From positions 248,001-312,000 of the forward strand of contig JAYWIR010000028.1 of NCBI GenBank assembly GCA_036172245.1: a stretch of 64,000 bases of DNA. Direction: 5' to 3'. The notes beneath the pieces are model-generated. The model was not told the DNA's origin. It did no database searches and saw only the letters and a program-made list of their open reading frames with translations. Source of the DNA: Raillietiella orientalis. Taxonomy: Eukaryota. Both the position numbers and the translations under genes were made by a program. Below are positions 25,966-37,635 of the stretch, one piece after another. The stretch's first letter is position 1; every line of letters begins with the position of its first letter.

Positions 25966-27149
25966 CCAATTTGTTAGGCTTTGGTCCATCAAAAATCAAT
26001 TTATAACAACAAGTAGGTTAATTAATTAGATATTAATCTAATTAAGACTAGATCTAGATACTAGATCAAAGTGTAGTATCTAATTAATTAGCAGCCTAAC
26101 ATCTGCAAGCAGGCTACTTAAGTAGGCATTTTCATTAACACTTCCATTGACTTCATTTTCATTAACACTTGCCTTTCATTCAGGTGGACATTTTCTTTCC
26201 GTGTCGCTACGGTTACACATTAATTCTGGTATTACAGGATTCAGTGGCATAACATGAAACTGCGTTGCGTGTATCGATAATGTGGATGAATCGTCAGTTC
26301 ATCAGTCTATGGCAGAAACATGAACATCATTGTACACTGTGCCTCTGTTCCCTTCAACGACGCCTACTTTAACTCATTTCCGTGAAAAGAACATTCATAC
26401 AGTTCTGTGTACTACGGTCGTTGCTTGCTACTAATTTGTTTATTCAGCTTCATACCTCTATCCTGTGCAAACAGCTTGAGCACTTTTCGCAGCATGGCAA
26501 AAAGCAAAGGTGAAAAAAGATCCCGTCCATGTTCAGGACCAGACTCGCTGATTACGAGTTGTTTCAGGTATTCGTACATCTCCAATCGCTTTGACTGTCA
26601 GCTGAGAGATGCAAATGAGCTGTTGGTCCACTGAATTGCTTGCTGATCCCCAGAAAATTTGTGAATCATTGCGAATCAAGGTCGAATCTTATAGATTCTT
26701 GTGTAGGTGCAAAAATTTTCTGCCGTTTTTTCCACTCCTTTTCTATCCAAAGACCACTGGCAACCACAAAGGTGAACAGCTAGAATTCCTTATCTTCAGG
26801 CAACAGCCAATCTGCAATCTCAGGCCCGCAGCTCTGCCTCATCACTTACAGAAGTTCTCAGTGGAGCTCCATTTCTGTTGGAGATGGCTAGAACCTCCTC
26901 CCCAGGGAAGTTCCTTAAGAAAAAAAAAGTGGGAAATGCACTGATACGATCCAGGACTAAATGGCGAAGTCATCATAATCATGTCTTATGGGTTTACAAG
27001 AAAGAGGTTAGTTCCTTCATTCTGATCAGCTGCTGCTCCGCCAGATTAGATGAACATCCACAAGGACGGACTTTCACTCATCAAATGCAGGACTCTCCAC
27101 ATTTCAGGCGAAGTGTGAGTTCCCGGACACGAGAAACCCCAAGCCGCTC

Positions 27150-27660
27150 AGCTGGAATTCCTCATCTTTGTGGAGCGCCCATCCGGCATTTCACGCTTGC
27201 AGCTCTGGCCTGTCGCTTGTGGGAAGAGCAGCAACGAAACTCCGTATCTGTTGGAGATGGCTAGGAATCTGGTCCCCAGACGGGAGAGGAAGGGAAGAAA
27301 AGGGGGAAACGATTTCTCCTGTAATGCCATGGTGTCAGAGAGAAAATCATCGGTTCCTTCGCGATAAATCCGAGATGACGAGTATCCACTCTTTGTGGCT
27401 TTGTCCTCTCACTGGGAAAATGAAACATTCGGGAGAGACAGGCGAGGAACAAGTACTTCCTTATGGACTTTTTTTGCTCTCACGTCTCGTCTGGTTCACC
27501 CAACGGCAAAGACATCGTCACTTGAATGCTACCGCAGTTCAAAATACTTCTGGAGAAGGAATACCGTCTGGGACAGGCCCTGTTTTCACGTCGACCGTTC
27601 TGTTCATGTTTTTCTGTAATGTTCTCTTTCGAGATATGGGGAAGACTGATCCCTACCCTC
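27150..27660 (+). mobile_element. Decayed non-LTR retrotransposon ORF2 C-terminus (zf-RVT-like)
   Basis: Frame reads SPVMPWCQRENH...SEMTSIHSLWLCP, resembling C-P-x-C...E-T-x-x-H-x-L-x-x-C-P, followed by LLSRLVWF. Heavily degenerate. Confidence 0.35.
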
Positions 27661-28115
27661 TCACATAGATCAAATGGCAAGCTTCTCTTAGTCGTCGCCG
27701 CCTCATCATGCCCATCCACTTAGCTCCATCCCTGGAGATCCATAACTCCATCCTGGCCGATGTTCAGCAAAATGCCGCTTAGCACCTGACTGTTTGAGAT
27801 TTCGATCTGAAATGCCCCCCAGCTGGTACCGAATTGCTCACCACAAAAGTCCTCAAAGAGCGATTCTGGAAAAAGGAGTGTAGCTGAAGAACACTTTCAG
27901 TGCGCAAATCAGGGAAATCTGGAACTGTCTCCGGAGAAGATTCTCAGAGAGTTCAATCAGACAGATCTTTGCGACAAGTTTGTGGTTCATTTCAAGGGAA
28001 CTCTTCCGTTCGTGGATTCTTCGGTGGTTCTGGAGTGCCTCTCCAATCCTCAGGTCACTTATTTCTAGGGAACAGCTTGGAATTACTGTCTCTGAGCCTT
28101 CCCTGGTCGACAGTT

Positions 28116-28334
28116 AGTTCTGGATCCGAGTGTTTCCCTCTGGGTTTCGAAGTCTTTCCCTTGAGGTATGGTCGGCGCACTTCCGATGGAAGATTCGCCC
28201 CGAACATCGTAGTCGCTCTTGATCTTTTCGGAGTTGCTTGGTGCCCTTGTTAATCCAAGGACCTTCCATTTGAGGTGCGCTGACCATACCTCAAGTGGAA
28301 GACTTTAAGAGAGCAAGCGTCGCGTTCCAGAGCT
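28116..28334. repeat. Long imperfect inverted repeat (foldback)
   Basis: Core arms 28150-28194 (aagtctttcccttgaggtatggtcggcgcacttccgatggaagat) and 28261-28305 (reverse complement aagtcttccacttgaggtatggtcagcgcacctcaaatggaaggt). Weaker pairing extends outward. Confidence 0.85.
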
Positions 28335-30052
28335 CCCACTGAGAGCAGTTCCTTCCACCCTTTCCTACCCCAAGACGGTCTGTTGATGCTAACCAAAGAA
28401 CTCACTTCCGTCGCTTCTCCAGAGGGAAGCGCAGCACTAGCTGAGGAGCTCTTCGTTCGCTATCAGCATGCCCCCCCCCCCATATTCTACCCCCTTGCTA
28501 CCAACTTGGCAGCGGGACCACTCCAGCAGTAGCTTCCTTTCCTTTCCCTAAAGCTCTTTGTCCACTCGCCAGAAGCGGCAGCGCACGCCAAGCACTCCAT
28601 AAAAGCGTTCGATGGAAGAAAACTGGATGCGGTTCGTCCACAAATGCGGAATCCGCAGGGACCACTGGAAAAGATGGCTTAGCTGGAGGAGGTAGGAGAG
28701 AAAACAGAAACGACGCGCGGGGACTCCTGCGGTTCGTAGAACGGATGTGGGAGTGGAGGGTCCGTGACGTCATCTTCCAGGAGAAGGGGAGTATTGCTCT
28801 GCACAGTTATTTGCCTTTGTCTTTTGCAGAAGAGGGTGCTGAGGGGCGATAGCACAGTGGAGAAGCGGCTGCAAGATTCGCCTGCATCCTGCAGAGAGAG
28901 ACCTCTCGTCTCCCGCAGCAACGGAGATGCAATTTGTTCCAAAGAAAGTGCGGGTCTATCTAGCGACGGGTTCCAGACTAGGTTCTCCCCATGAATCCCT
29001 TCCGGAGGAGACCACTACATCCAAGGGCCAGGATGAGCTGCGGCGCGCGGTCTGTGGGGAAAAGTTCCCTCTCCTGGAACTTCGAATTTTTTCCACACTC
29101 GTCTTCCCTCTAAGCGAGATCGCAGACTTCCCTTCTCTTTATTTCCTTCCCCCTTTGCATACCACCTTCCCAGATTGTGGTTCTCCTCTCGTTCTTCCCT
29201 GAGGCACACTCAAGAAAGGGCACTGGCCGGAAATTTCCTGGAGCTCTTCGCCTGGTTTCATACACGGTTCGGGGAACAAGCCCTGTCCTGGAGGGATCTT
29301 TGGAGGAGGGAAGAGCGATTCCAGCTGCCATCGTCCCGCGGCTCGAGAGCACTCCCAGGCACAGAGAAAGCGCATGAAAGAATGGGGGATCTGCAGCACA
29401 CGGGGGCAAAGATGAAGGCAGACCAAGAACGGCGGCAACGGAGGGGTGGGTCCGGATTTCCTGACAACTGTCGAGAACATCCCTAGCTCAGGCTCAGTGG
29501 ACAGCGGGTTCTCGTCTCCCGGCTCCGTCCCTTCGGGAGGAGGACTTCCCGGACTACTTCCACTTCCAGTCGACGCTGCCCGTCGTCCCCGAAATTCGAG
29601 TCGAGGTGCTTCGCGGTGGCTTCTGGAAAGGGCTGATATGCAGGTTTCGAAAACCCGGATAAGCTAGAGGGGAGGAAGTTTCGGAAACCACAGGGAGTTC
29701 CGGGGGATCGCCGCTGCCACAAGCATGCGAGAGGGGAGGAGGAGGAGGAAATGAAGAGGAGGGTAATCGTTTGCAGGGCTTCCCTCCCTCTCGAGAGACG
29801 TTTTCCAAGATGGGTGCCAGATGGCGCCGATGCAGGGGTCAGAAGAGAGAGTCTCGGATCTCCAGAAAGATGTGCGGAGTCTTTCTCTCGCGGGAACGAG
29901 GGCCGTGAGGAATGGGAAGAGGGTGAAAGCGCGCCTCCGTTTCCACGCTGGCGATCACGAGAGACGCCGGCGACCCACGAGAGAGAGCGGGAAGGGACCC
30001 TAAGGGCGTCAAGTGCCCAAAGACGAAGTTTTCCACCCGGGCTCGCCGGGGC

Positions 30053-30800
30053 GTTTATTTAGAGACAAAATAAACATTAGCAGTTTATATGGTTCAACCA
30101 CGTCCTTTTCGTATGCACCCTGCCGTTTCACGGGTTCGCAGGCCGATGAGGTCCACCAAGGCAGCAGAGGGGAGGGGTCAAGTAAAAAGAAAAATAAACA
30201 AATAAATAAAACAATTTAGGAGAAGGGGGAGGGGGGAATACGCGAAGGGATCACAGTCCGCTGGAGGCGGTCCTCTGCATCCTTCGGAGGATGCCGGCAA
30301 GGTCTTGCTTTGCATAAATGTCCAGGTGGGGCCATCTGACTGCTATGCATAGAAGACGAAGAACGAAGTGAATGACGTCCCTGCTGTTGGATCCTCCGTT
30401 GGCGTCGCTCCACGCCGCCACGATCCCACAGAGGCAGATACTCAGAGGCAGCAAAGTGCTGCAAGGGCTGCGTCTGGCTGCAGGGCGTCCCACACCAAGA
30501 GGAGCCTCATCACGTCTCTAGCGTTGCCGCCGGGGGTTCCAAGGGTCACAGCAAAGCGTCCCCAAAGGGAACGGAGGCCAACGCAGTCCACGAGGAGGTG
30601 AGGGAGGGATTTCCATTCCCTGCACCTTGTACAGTTTGGATCCACCCCTTCCCCTTGTGTCCAATGATGCCGGCGGCCGTTGCAAGTGAGACCCCGGTGC
30701 AGCAGCATCAACGCCAGCTCCTGCCACTGGAGCAGAGACGAAGGGGGAGCGGAAATGAATCCAAAGCCATCCAGTTTTCTCCAAGAGCCGCGGCTGCTGC
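30053..30800 (-). mobile_element. L1/Tx1-like LINE remnant, copy A (ORF2 C-terminal zinc knuckle plus 3'UTR)
   Basis: LLHRGLTCNGRRHHWTQGEGVDPNCTRCREWKSLPHLLVDC (zf-RVT-like), then DVIHFVLRLLCIAVRWPHLDIYAKQDLAGILRRMQRT*, a T-rich 3'UTR and AATAAA. Contains stops and frameshifts. Confidence 0.75.
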
Positions 30801-33600
30801 CCACGGGATCACGGAAGCGGTCCCAGGAGACAGCATCCCTCCCTCAAGGGTGCATCCTCCTCCATAGGCAAGAAGCGCTCGCCCACCAGCGAGAGAGGGC
30901 AGGAGAGGTAATTTTTCCTGCAAAGCTCCGCCTCCCTGCCTCTCGTGGAAACCATCGGCTCCGGAACTTCCTCCTACGTGCTCTGGATTACGGTTTTCGC
31001 CGCCGTTCCGCGGGTACCCCCGAGGGCAGTGGAATCTGCCTCTCCGCCATTGCCATACTGGAACGCTTGCTCTCGGGGCAGATCATGGGGAGGGGGAGTG
31101 AGGTCGAGAGGCACGGAGTGGTCACAGGGATGCGGTCTTCCTTGGGATCTTCTCCGTCCGGCGATGTCTCCCACGTTTGACCACGATGGTGGCGCCCAAA
31201 ATCCTCGACGAGCCGGTCAGTCGGGCTTAGGGAGCCTACGGAGTAATGGCAGGACCGCTCCACCTCTCCACTCCACCCGAGTGCACCTGCGGGCAGCTGC
31301 TCTCTGCTGCTGCCCTGCGCTGAAAAGTCGGTCCTCCCAGCCTGGAACGCCACCAGTGGGAAGCGCAAAAAACTCAGCCCCACAGAAAGACCGCTGGTCC
31401 CACTTCCGCCGATGGCTCCGGGACGAACCCGCCGCACTTTCCTCCTTCCTCCGCGCCCGCCTCCTCGCCTGCACAAGGCGCGAAGGGGACGGGGGTGCCC
31501 GCTTTTCCCTCCGCCGTCCTCTGGGAGTCCCCCCTTTTCCCTCTCCTTCCACCCCGTTGGAAGGGGCCGGATTTTCCGTCATGGAAGACGCTCGAAGGAA
31601 GGAAAGGGGGGGGGGATTACAGAGAATTTCCCGTTCCTTTCCGGGCTCCCCTTCCTCCGGTCCGCGCTGGAGCATGACCGGGCGGACGGGACCTCAGAAG
31701 GGAAATTCGTCGTGACAGCGGCGGCATCCCCACTCCCCGGCGACACCCCACGGCGTGCCCTCCCCCCCTTTTCCCCTTACCTCTTTCTCCTGGACCCCAT
31801 GTTCCAGTCTCCCGAGGGACTTTTTCCTCGCTTCCGCTCCCGCCGACGACTCCATCGATCGTGGCAGTCCGGGAAAAGTCCGGGGACTTCGCCGCGAGTG
31901 CGGGGCCGCCTCCTGCCCGCCGGGTCGCGCCGAGAGTGGGGTTGAGGAAACGCAGGTTTCCCTCCCCTCCTATCTCGGATTCTTCCCCCCGTTCCAGGGC
32001 GTCCCCGGGCGGGAAGGGCCGGAGAAAGATTCTGGGGACTAGCCTCCGGTCAGCAGCGAAAGAGCACACGGGAAAGAACTGGAAGGGAGTTCGAATGGGC
32101 CCGGAGAGGAGGTGCCGTCGTCTCGAGAGGGCACGGTCCTTCTTCCAGAGAGAGAAACTGCCCTCCCGAGGCACCTGGAGCGTGAGGCACGAGAAAGGAA
32201 GGGAAGGACTGAATTCACCGCCCTCCGCCCACGCTTTGGGGGCACGGGGGCGGAAGAGAGGCCTCGAGGCGTGAGAGGGAGATTCACCTGGGGAAAGTCG
32301 TCTCCAGAGAAGAAGAGGCGCTGGAATCTCTCCCCGGAGGAGACGAATGCGGGTCTCAGAGGCGAAGGTGCAGAGGATCGCCCCAGACGATCCTTTGACC
32401 CTGGGGATATGCATCTGACGACCCTCTTCCTCAATGCACCCCCACCCTTCGAGGCCAGCGGCAAGGGAGCCCTGAGCCGGCCAGTCCTTGTCCCCACTAC
32501 CGCGACTGGGAGAGCGAGGGAGGAAAGGTTGGAGTCCTTGTGAAGGGATGCTACGAGGTTAGGAGCCGCCGATCGATTCCGCCCCCTCGGACCTCGAAGG
32601 CTTGTGCATTGCCTGAGTAGATTCTCCCCTCCCCCCCTTATTCCCGAGAAAAAGGGGGGAAGGGTGGGAGGACGGGGAAGCGAGTCTCCTCCTCCTCCTC
32701 TACCGCAACTCCCAGTCTCCGGCCCGAGGGACGGGAGGCGTCCCGGGAAAGACGCACGCACGTGATGGCAGTCCCCCCCCCCCTTCCTCCCATTCTCTCT
32801 CCCTCCCTTTTCCGGAGAGGGAGCGGAAGGAGTGCGGGATCGTTTCCGCTCCTTCTCCCTTCCTCCCGGAGTCGGGTTCCAGAGGGAGCTCCAGCTATCT
32901 GCTCGGCGAGCTGGCGTGACCGGATGCCGGAAGCGGATCCGCGTCGGCAGCTCTCTGTCCCCGCCGGCTGCAGCCAGAGATCTCTCCCTCCCCCTCAGTC
33001 CACGATCTCTCCTGGCAGTGCCCCCCTCTCATGAGCAGCCGCGCTGGGAGAGAGACCGGATCCCGCACGACCCCAATCCGAGAGGGAACCCCCCTCGGGT
33101 GGGGTTAGCAGTGGGGTCACCTTGGAAACACATTCGAGGGAACAGTCCTATCTTGCTGCGGTCGCGAGCAAGCAGTTCCTGTAGTGGGGGAGCCAGACCG
33201 AAGCAACTCTCCCTGAAGCGGAGCATCGGGCTTTCGGAGGTCAGGGAAGACAGGAAGGCAGACCTGCGAGGCAGGAAGATCCGGGGGCGGAACGCCCCCC
33301 TCCCCCTCTCTCTCTTCCCGTCAGGAATGAAGCGCACTCTCCTGGCAAGGTAGGGTTCCACGTGAGGGCAGACGGCCCCTGAGCCCTTGGACTCTGTAGT
33401 GACCGGAGAGCGGGGCCTAGGCAAGTGTAACGCCCCTTGCGTGAACGGGGGGGGCGGAAACGTTCCCAGAAGGGTGTGGGGAGACGCAATATCTCGGGAA
33501 GCCGCGTACGCCCCGCAATAATTCGGAACCCGGGGGCCGCTGCTCGCAATCTTAATGGCATCTTTTTCCTTCCAATCTCTTGCGAGGTGATTTCCTCCGG
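30800..33600 (-). mobile_element. Possible upstream (ORF1/endonuclease) remnant of LINE copy A
   Basis: Contiguous GC-rich decayed sequence. Weak APE-like words are PHPCDHSVPLDL (SDH-like) and AGRTDFSA (GDFN-like) at ~31000-31350. No intact ORF. Confidence 0.3.
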
Positions 33601-35049
33601 CTGCTGTATTTGCACCGTCTATGTTATCAGATTGGACACGTTTCTCCTCCTTGATTGATTTTCAATGCCCCTCTCCCAGGACGAGGACGAGAGCTCACTT
33701 AGGCCACGAATTAATTCTGTCTCGGATCCCGCCCGCAACGAGCAGCATCCGATGATGGAGGAATTATTTTCCCTTCACACGGACCGCTCGCGCACATGTC
33801 CCCCGTACAAGGCGCGCTGCTTCGCGGCTCCTCCCCTTCATCGTCTGCCCCGCCGCTGGATTATACGTTACTCGCGCGCACGTGTACGTGTACACTTTGC
33901 GAGCGCACGGACGTGCTTTTGCGCGAGCGTGCACACGAGGCGGCGCGCTGAAGGGATCACCCTGCTGTCACGCATGCGCAACTTTCAGATTTCACTCCAA
34001 GGTGACTTTTCAGTTTTTCCCGAGGACTTCGTCACCAGACCTGGGGCTGAACGTGGGTGCACTTCGGCAACGCGAACCCAACCGCTGATGGGAGCAGCCT
34101 TGTCTCCGCTTCCTTGAGCCGCCTCCGTCATCAAGGAACCAGGAAGGATACCTTGCATCGCATCCTTGTAGTTTCGTTGCATGGGAACGTGCGAAGAAAC
34201 GGAAGAAACAGCAAGCTGTACCAGCACCCGAGTCTTCCCCCCATGCTTCTGTGTCTTCCTTTCTTCCTCTTCTTCATTCTTCCTTTCGTTCCCGTCCCCT
34301 TATGGTGTTCCGTGGCAATAACGCTAAGCCCAGTTCAAGCATATGTATTTTACTTTATGTACTCCGATTGTGATAAACTGCAAGCGGTTGAAGGTATAAA
34401 AGTTATTTATGGGGGTCCGCTCATTACATAAAGCCGAACGTAAGCACAGTGAGTGCCGGATACTCTGCAACTGCATCGTAGGTGAAGATAAAAGATGGCT
34501 GCGCCAAGAGTCAATGGGTTTCTCGGGGTAAGAAAAAAAAAAAAAAAAAAAAAATAGAAGGGTAAATGGGGCAGAAAAATAAATCCAAGACGAGGCTGAA
34601 TGAGAAAATGTCACATTATTAACGTTTACTTTGACGTGTCGTTTCCTCGCCGTGTTAGCTGCATTCGAGTGTTCGGAGACTGCAAGCAAGTGGGCCCTAA
34701 GCACATAATAACACATCGCGACCACGCGAACACCTGGCACATGCTGAAAGTACACCGATAACAAGGATGGCGGCCATCGTTGCCACTCCTCGCACGGCAG
34801 AAAATGGCGGAAGATCGGAAGCAAAAAGAAAAAAAAGGGTGGAAAAAGGGGGAAAAAAAAAATCGAGGATTTTGAAAACTTCGCATCTCTCATCAGCTCC
34901 CCCCCTGTCTTTTTCTCTGCTTGCAAGGATGCTCCTGGCCGTCAGTTTCATTCCCTGCTCCATCTTCCCGTTCGAGCAAACGGTCCGCAGAAGGCCATCA
35001 TCCTCTTTCCCAGTTTCATCCTGCCTCTGCGACACCGAGCCATGGGCTG

Positions 35050-36600
35050 GACCACCCCGTCTGTGGCGTTCCGAGTGGAGGAAGTAAAATGAGGGTGTCC
35101 GGTGCGGACGGGTGTGACGGAGGTAGCCCTCCTCAGAAGGGGAAGTACCCGTGTTTGCATCGGCACCCTCTCGGAATCGCTAAAAGAAACCCATCAAGTT
35201 GTTTTCCCGGATTTCTCTTTCCGCTTGCGTGCCTGCGGGATGAGCCGAAAAAAAATTGCATGCCGAGCGATTCGATTGGAGGTTTTCGGCATCGGCAATT
35301 TGCAGGTCGTATCAGTGTGTGGTTTCATGAGGTGCTTTGTCCAAGAAGGACGGGAAGATGGAGTTTATCTGTCTCTCTCTCTCTCTCTATCCTCCTCCCC
35401 CCTCTTCCCCGAAAGTGATTTAGGAGGATCCTCCCTTTCGCGAAGCATGCAGTCGCCCCAGATGGCGCTCTTTACTCTACCGGACGCTAAAGAGGAAGAA
35501 TCGGGGAAAACGTCCAGCCGTCCCAAGAGACTCGAAGGGAACAACAAGAAAGGTAAGGTACAGAGGTTCCCTACTTTCCTTGTCCGTCTGACGCGCCGGA
35601 GGGATATCGCGTGTCCTTTCTGCGCCTCAGAGAAAGCAGCTCTCGGAGAGCTTTCCTTGGGGATGCAGCGGGCGGACGAGTTGCCTTTCTGCTTGTTCGA
35701 CAAGGCGAGTGGAAGGTTCCATAGCCCGACTCTTGCTTCTTTCCGGTGCACGCAGGGGCGGGATCGTCGTGGAAGTCCATATCTTAGGAGAGGATCCTCC
35801 TTTCATTTGTCGATCATCGGGAGGGAGGGAGAGGACACGCCATGAGCGAGCCCCGTAGCAGGGAGAATGGACCGTGAACGATGCTGCGGATGCAGAGAAG
35901 CTAGAGTGGTGGCGACACACCTACTCCACAGAGGGGTCTCTCCCACACTAGGGGGTCCGCTCCTTTGCATGAACGAAGGGGAACCCTCACTCCTTGATTC
36001 TGTTTCCTCGAAGGACCCGGGGGTCGATTCCCGTTGTCACGGCTCTCATCGGGGGTATCCGGTTTGAACTACTACCGACGCCGCACCCGAATGCAGACCA
36101 ACCAGCGTTATCTCGCGGGAGGAACTCGAACCCACGACGCACCCCTCTTCTCTCGGCGTCGATTCTTGAGTCGAGTATTCGAACCTGCGACGCCTGGTGC
36201 CACGCGCGGAGACCGTAACCACATGGCCTAGGACGCAGGCCAATCTTCCGATCGGCAAATGCTTCTGGAGATCCCCAGTTCCCGAATGGGGGATCTCAGC
36301 ACTTTTTTGCTTTCGGGGATGCTGGAAGTTCGAGTCCAGGAAGAGTCCCGAGTGGCATGCAGCGGTTCATGTTCGCGATCTCCTGGTAGGAGAGCTCCAG
36401 AAAACAGACTTGCTGCCTCCGATCGTTTCCCCCCTCCCCAAAATCCAGGAATGTCTCCGCCTTTCGCACAGGGAAACCGTCGAATACCAAGGGGTAGTCC
36501 TTGGTATTCGACGGTCAGGTGTTCCAGGGACTTGTCAGGTGTTCCAGAGAAGAGCACCCCTGAGCACCAGAGACTTCGTAGAAGTCCGATAAAGTCGCTC
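35050..36600 (+). mobile_element. Possible decayed LINE reverse-transcriptase region
   Basis: Weak RT-like words in plausible order: RTGV...VCIGTLSESLK (GVRQGxPLS...LCIEPL-like), LACLRDE (YADD-like) and PTLGGPLL (GGLGL-like). Very degenerate. Confidence 0.25.
36476..36515. repeat. Perfect 17-bp inverted repeat with 6-nt loop
   Basis: accgtcgaataccaagg-ggtagt-ccttggtattcgacggt. Confidence 0.95.
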
Positions 36601-37635
36601 ATGTGGCACTTCTCTTGGTGACTCCCTTCCTCTTAATGGTGCCACCCCCCGGGTGTTGAACGATAGGGAGTGGCGGAAGGAGCATGACCTGGAGGCAGCC
36701 AGTCCGGAGTTCACTCCTCGAGCGGAGCATGAGCGTCCTGGAAGAAACCATGAAGGAAGTTCCCAGTCGAAGGGGACAAGGCGAGAGAGGGGAGAGCAAG
36801 AGGGCAGCCCCCTGCAACAAGTCGGCGCAACGCGAGCGGTCCTTCTTCCTCCTCCACGGGTGCACGTCCGGCATTGCGTCCAACTCTAGGTAGTCCGATG
36901 ACGGTTGCTGTTCAGCGGCCAAAAACCTCTCAGCATCTCTGTCGCACGCTTGAGTGTACCGCTACCACCCGGTCGTTGGAAACTTCTCGGAAGGAAGTTC
37001 CCAGCTACCGAAGGCAGGGGTAGGAAGACGTCGAGCCGACGGGCTTGCCGGAAAAGAAAGTCGCGTCGCGAGCGCCGCGCCGAAAGAGGCGTCCAGAAGA
37101 ATGGAGGGATAAGGGAGCGTCCGCGGCGCTGGACTGAAGGACTTGGATTCCATAGAATACCCTTCGCATTGCCGAGGCTCGATCCAGAGATGACCTGAGC
37201 TGGCACAGGGACAGCAAACGGCGGAGACAGCGCTGTGCTGGCAGTACCACTTGCGAGATGGATGGCGTCAAAGAGGGCGATGCGGCGCACCGGGCTATTG
37301 CTGCCTTCCTCTCCTCCCACTAGCATCCCGGAGCGACGGCTCCGTAGGCTTGCAGCCGGCAGGGCTGGCAAAGACGCCGTGGCTTAGCTGGCGAGCTGCT
37401 TCAACGTCTCCCTGGGCAACTACACCCGCGAACCGACTGCGCCTGCTCCCATCCCCTCCGCCAAGCAGCATCACGCCAGGCACCCTCCGGTACAGCAGCA
37501 GGAGCTGGAGTCTTTGTCCTCCGGAGCCGGCACCAGGGCACTCAAGGCGGAGATGGAGGAGGTTCAGGGGCCGAGATGGGAGCCAAGGCGAGAAGCGTCG
37601 GTTCGTCGCGTTCGTCGTCAACAGGGTAGGATAGT

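Noticed and set aside
28700..29400. Endonuclease-like words (NDARGL...DVIFQE)
   Set aside because: Spacing is off and downstream motifs are missing.
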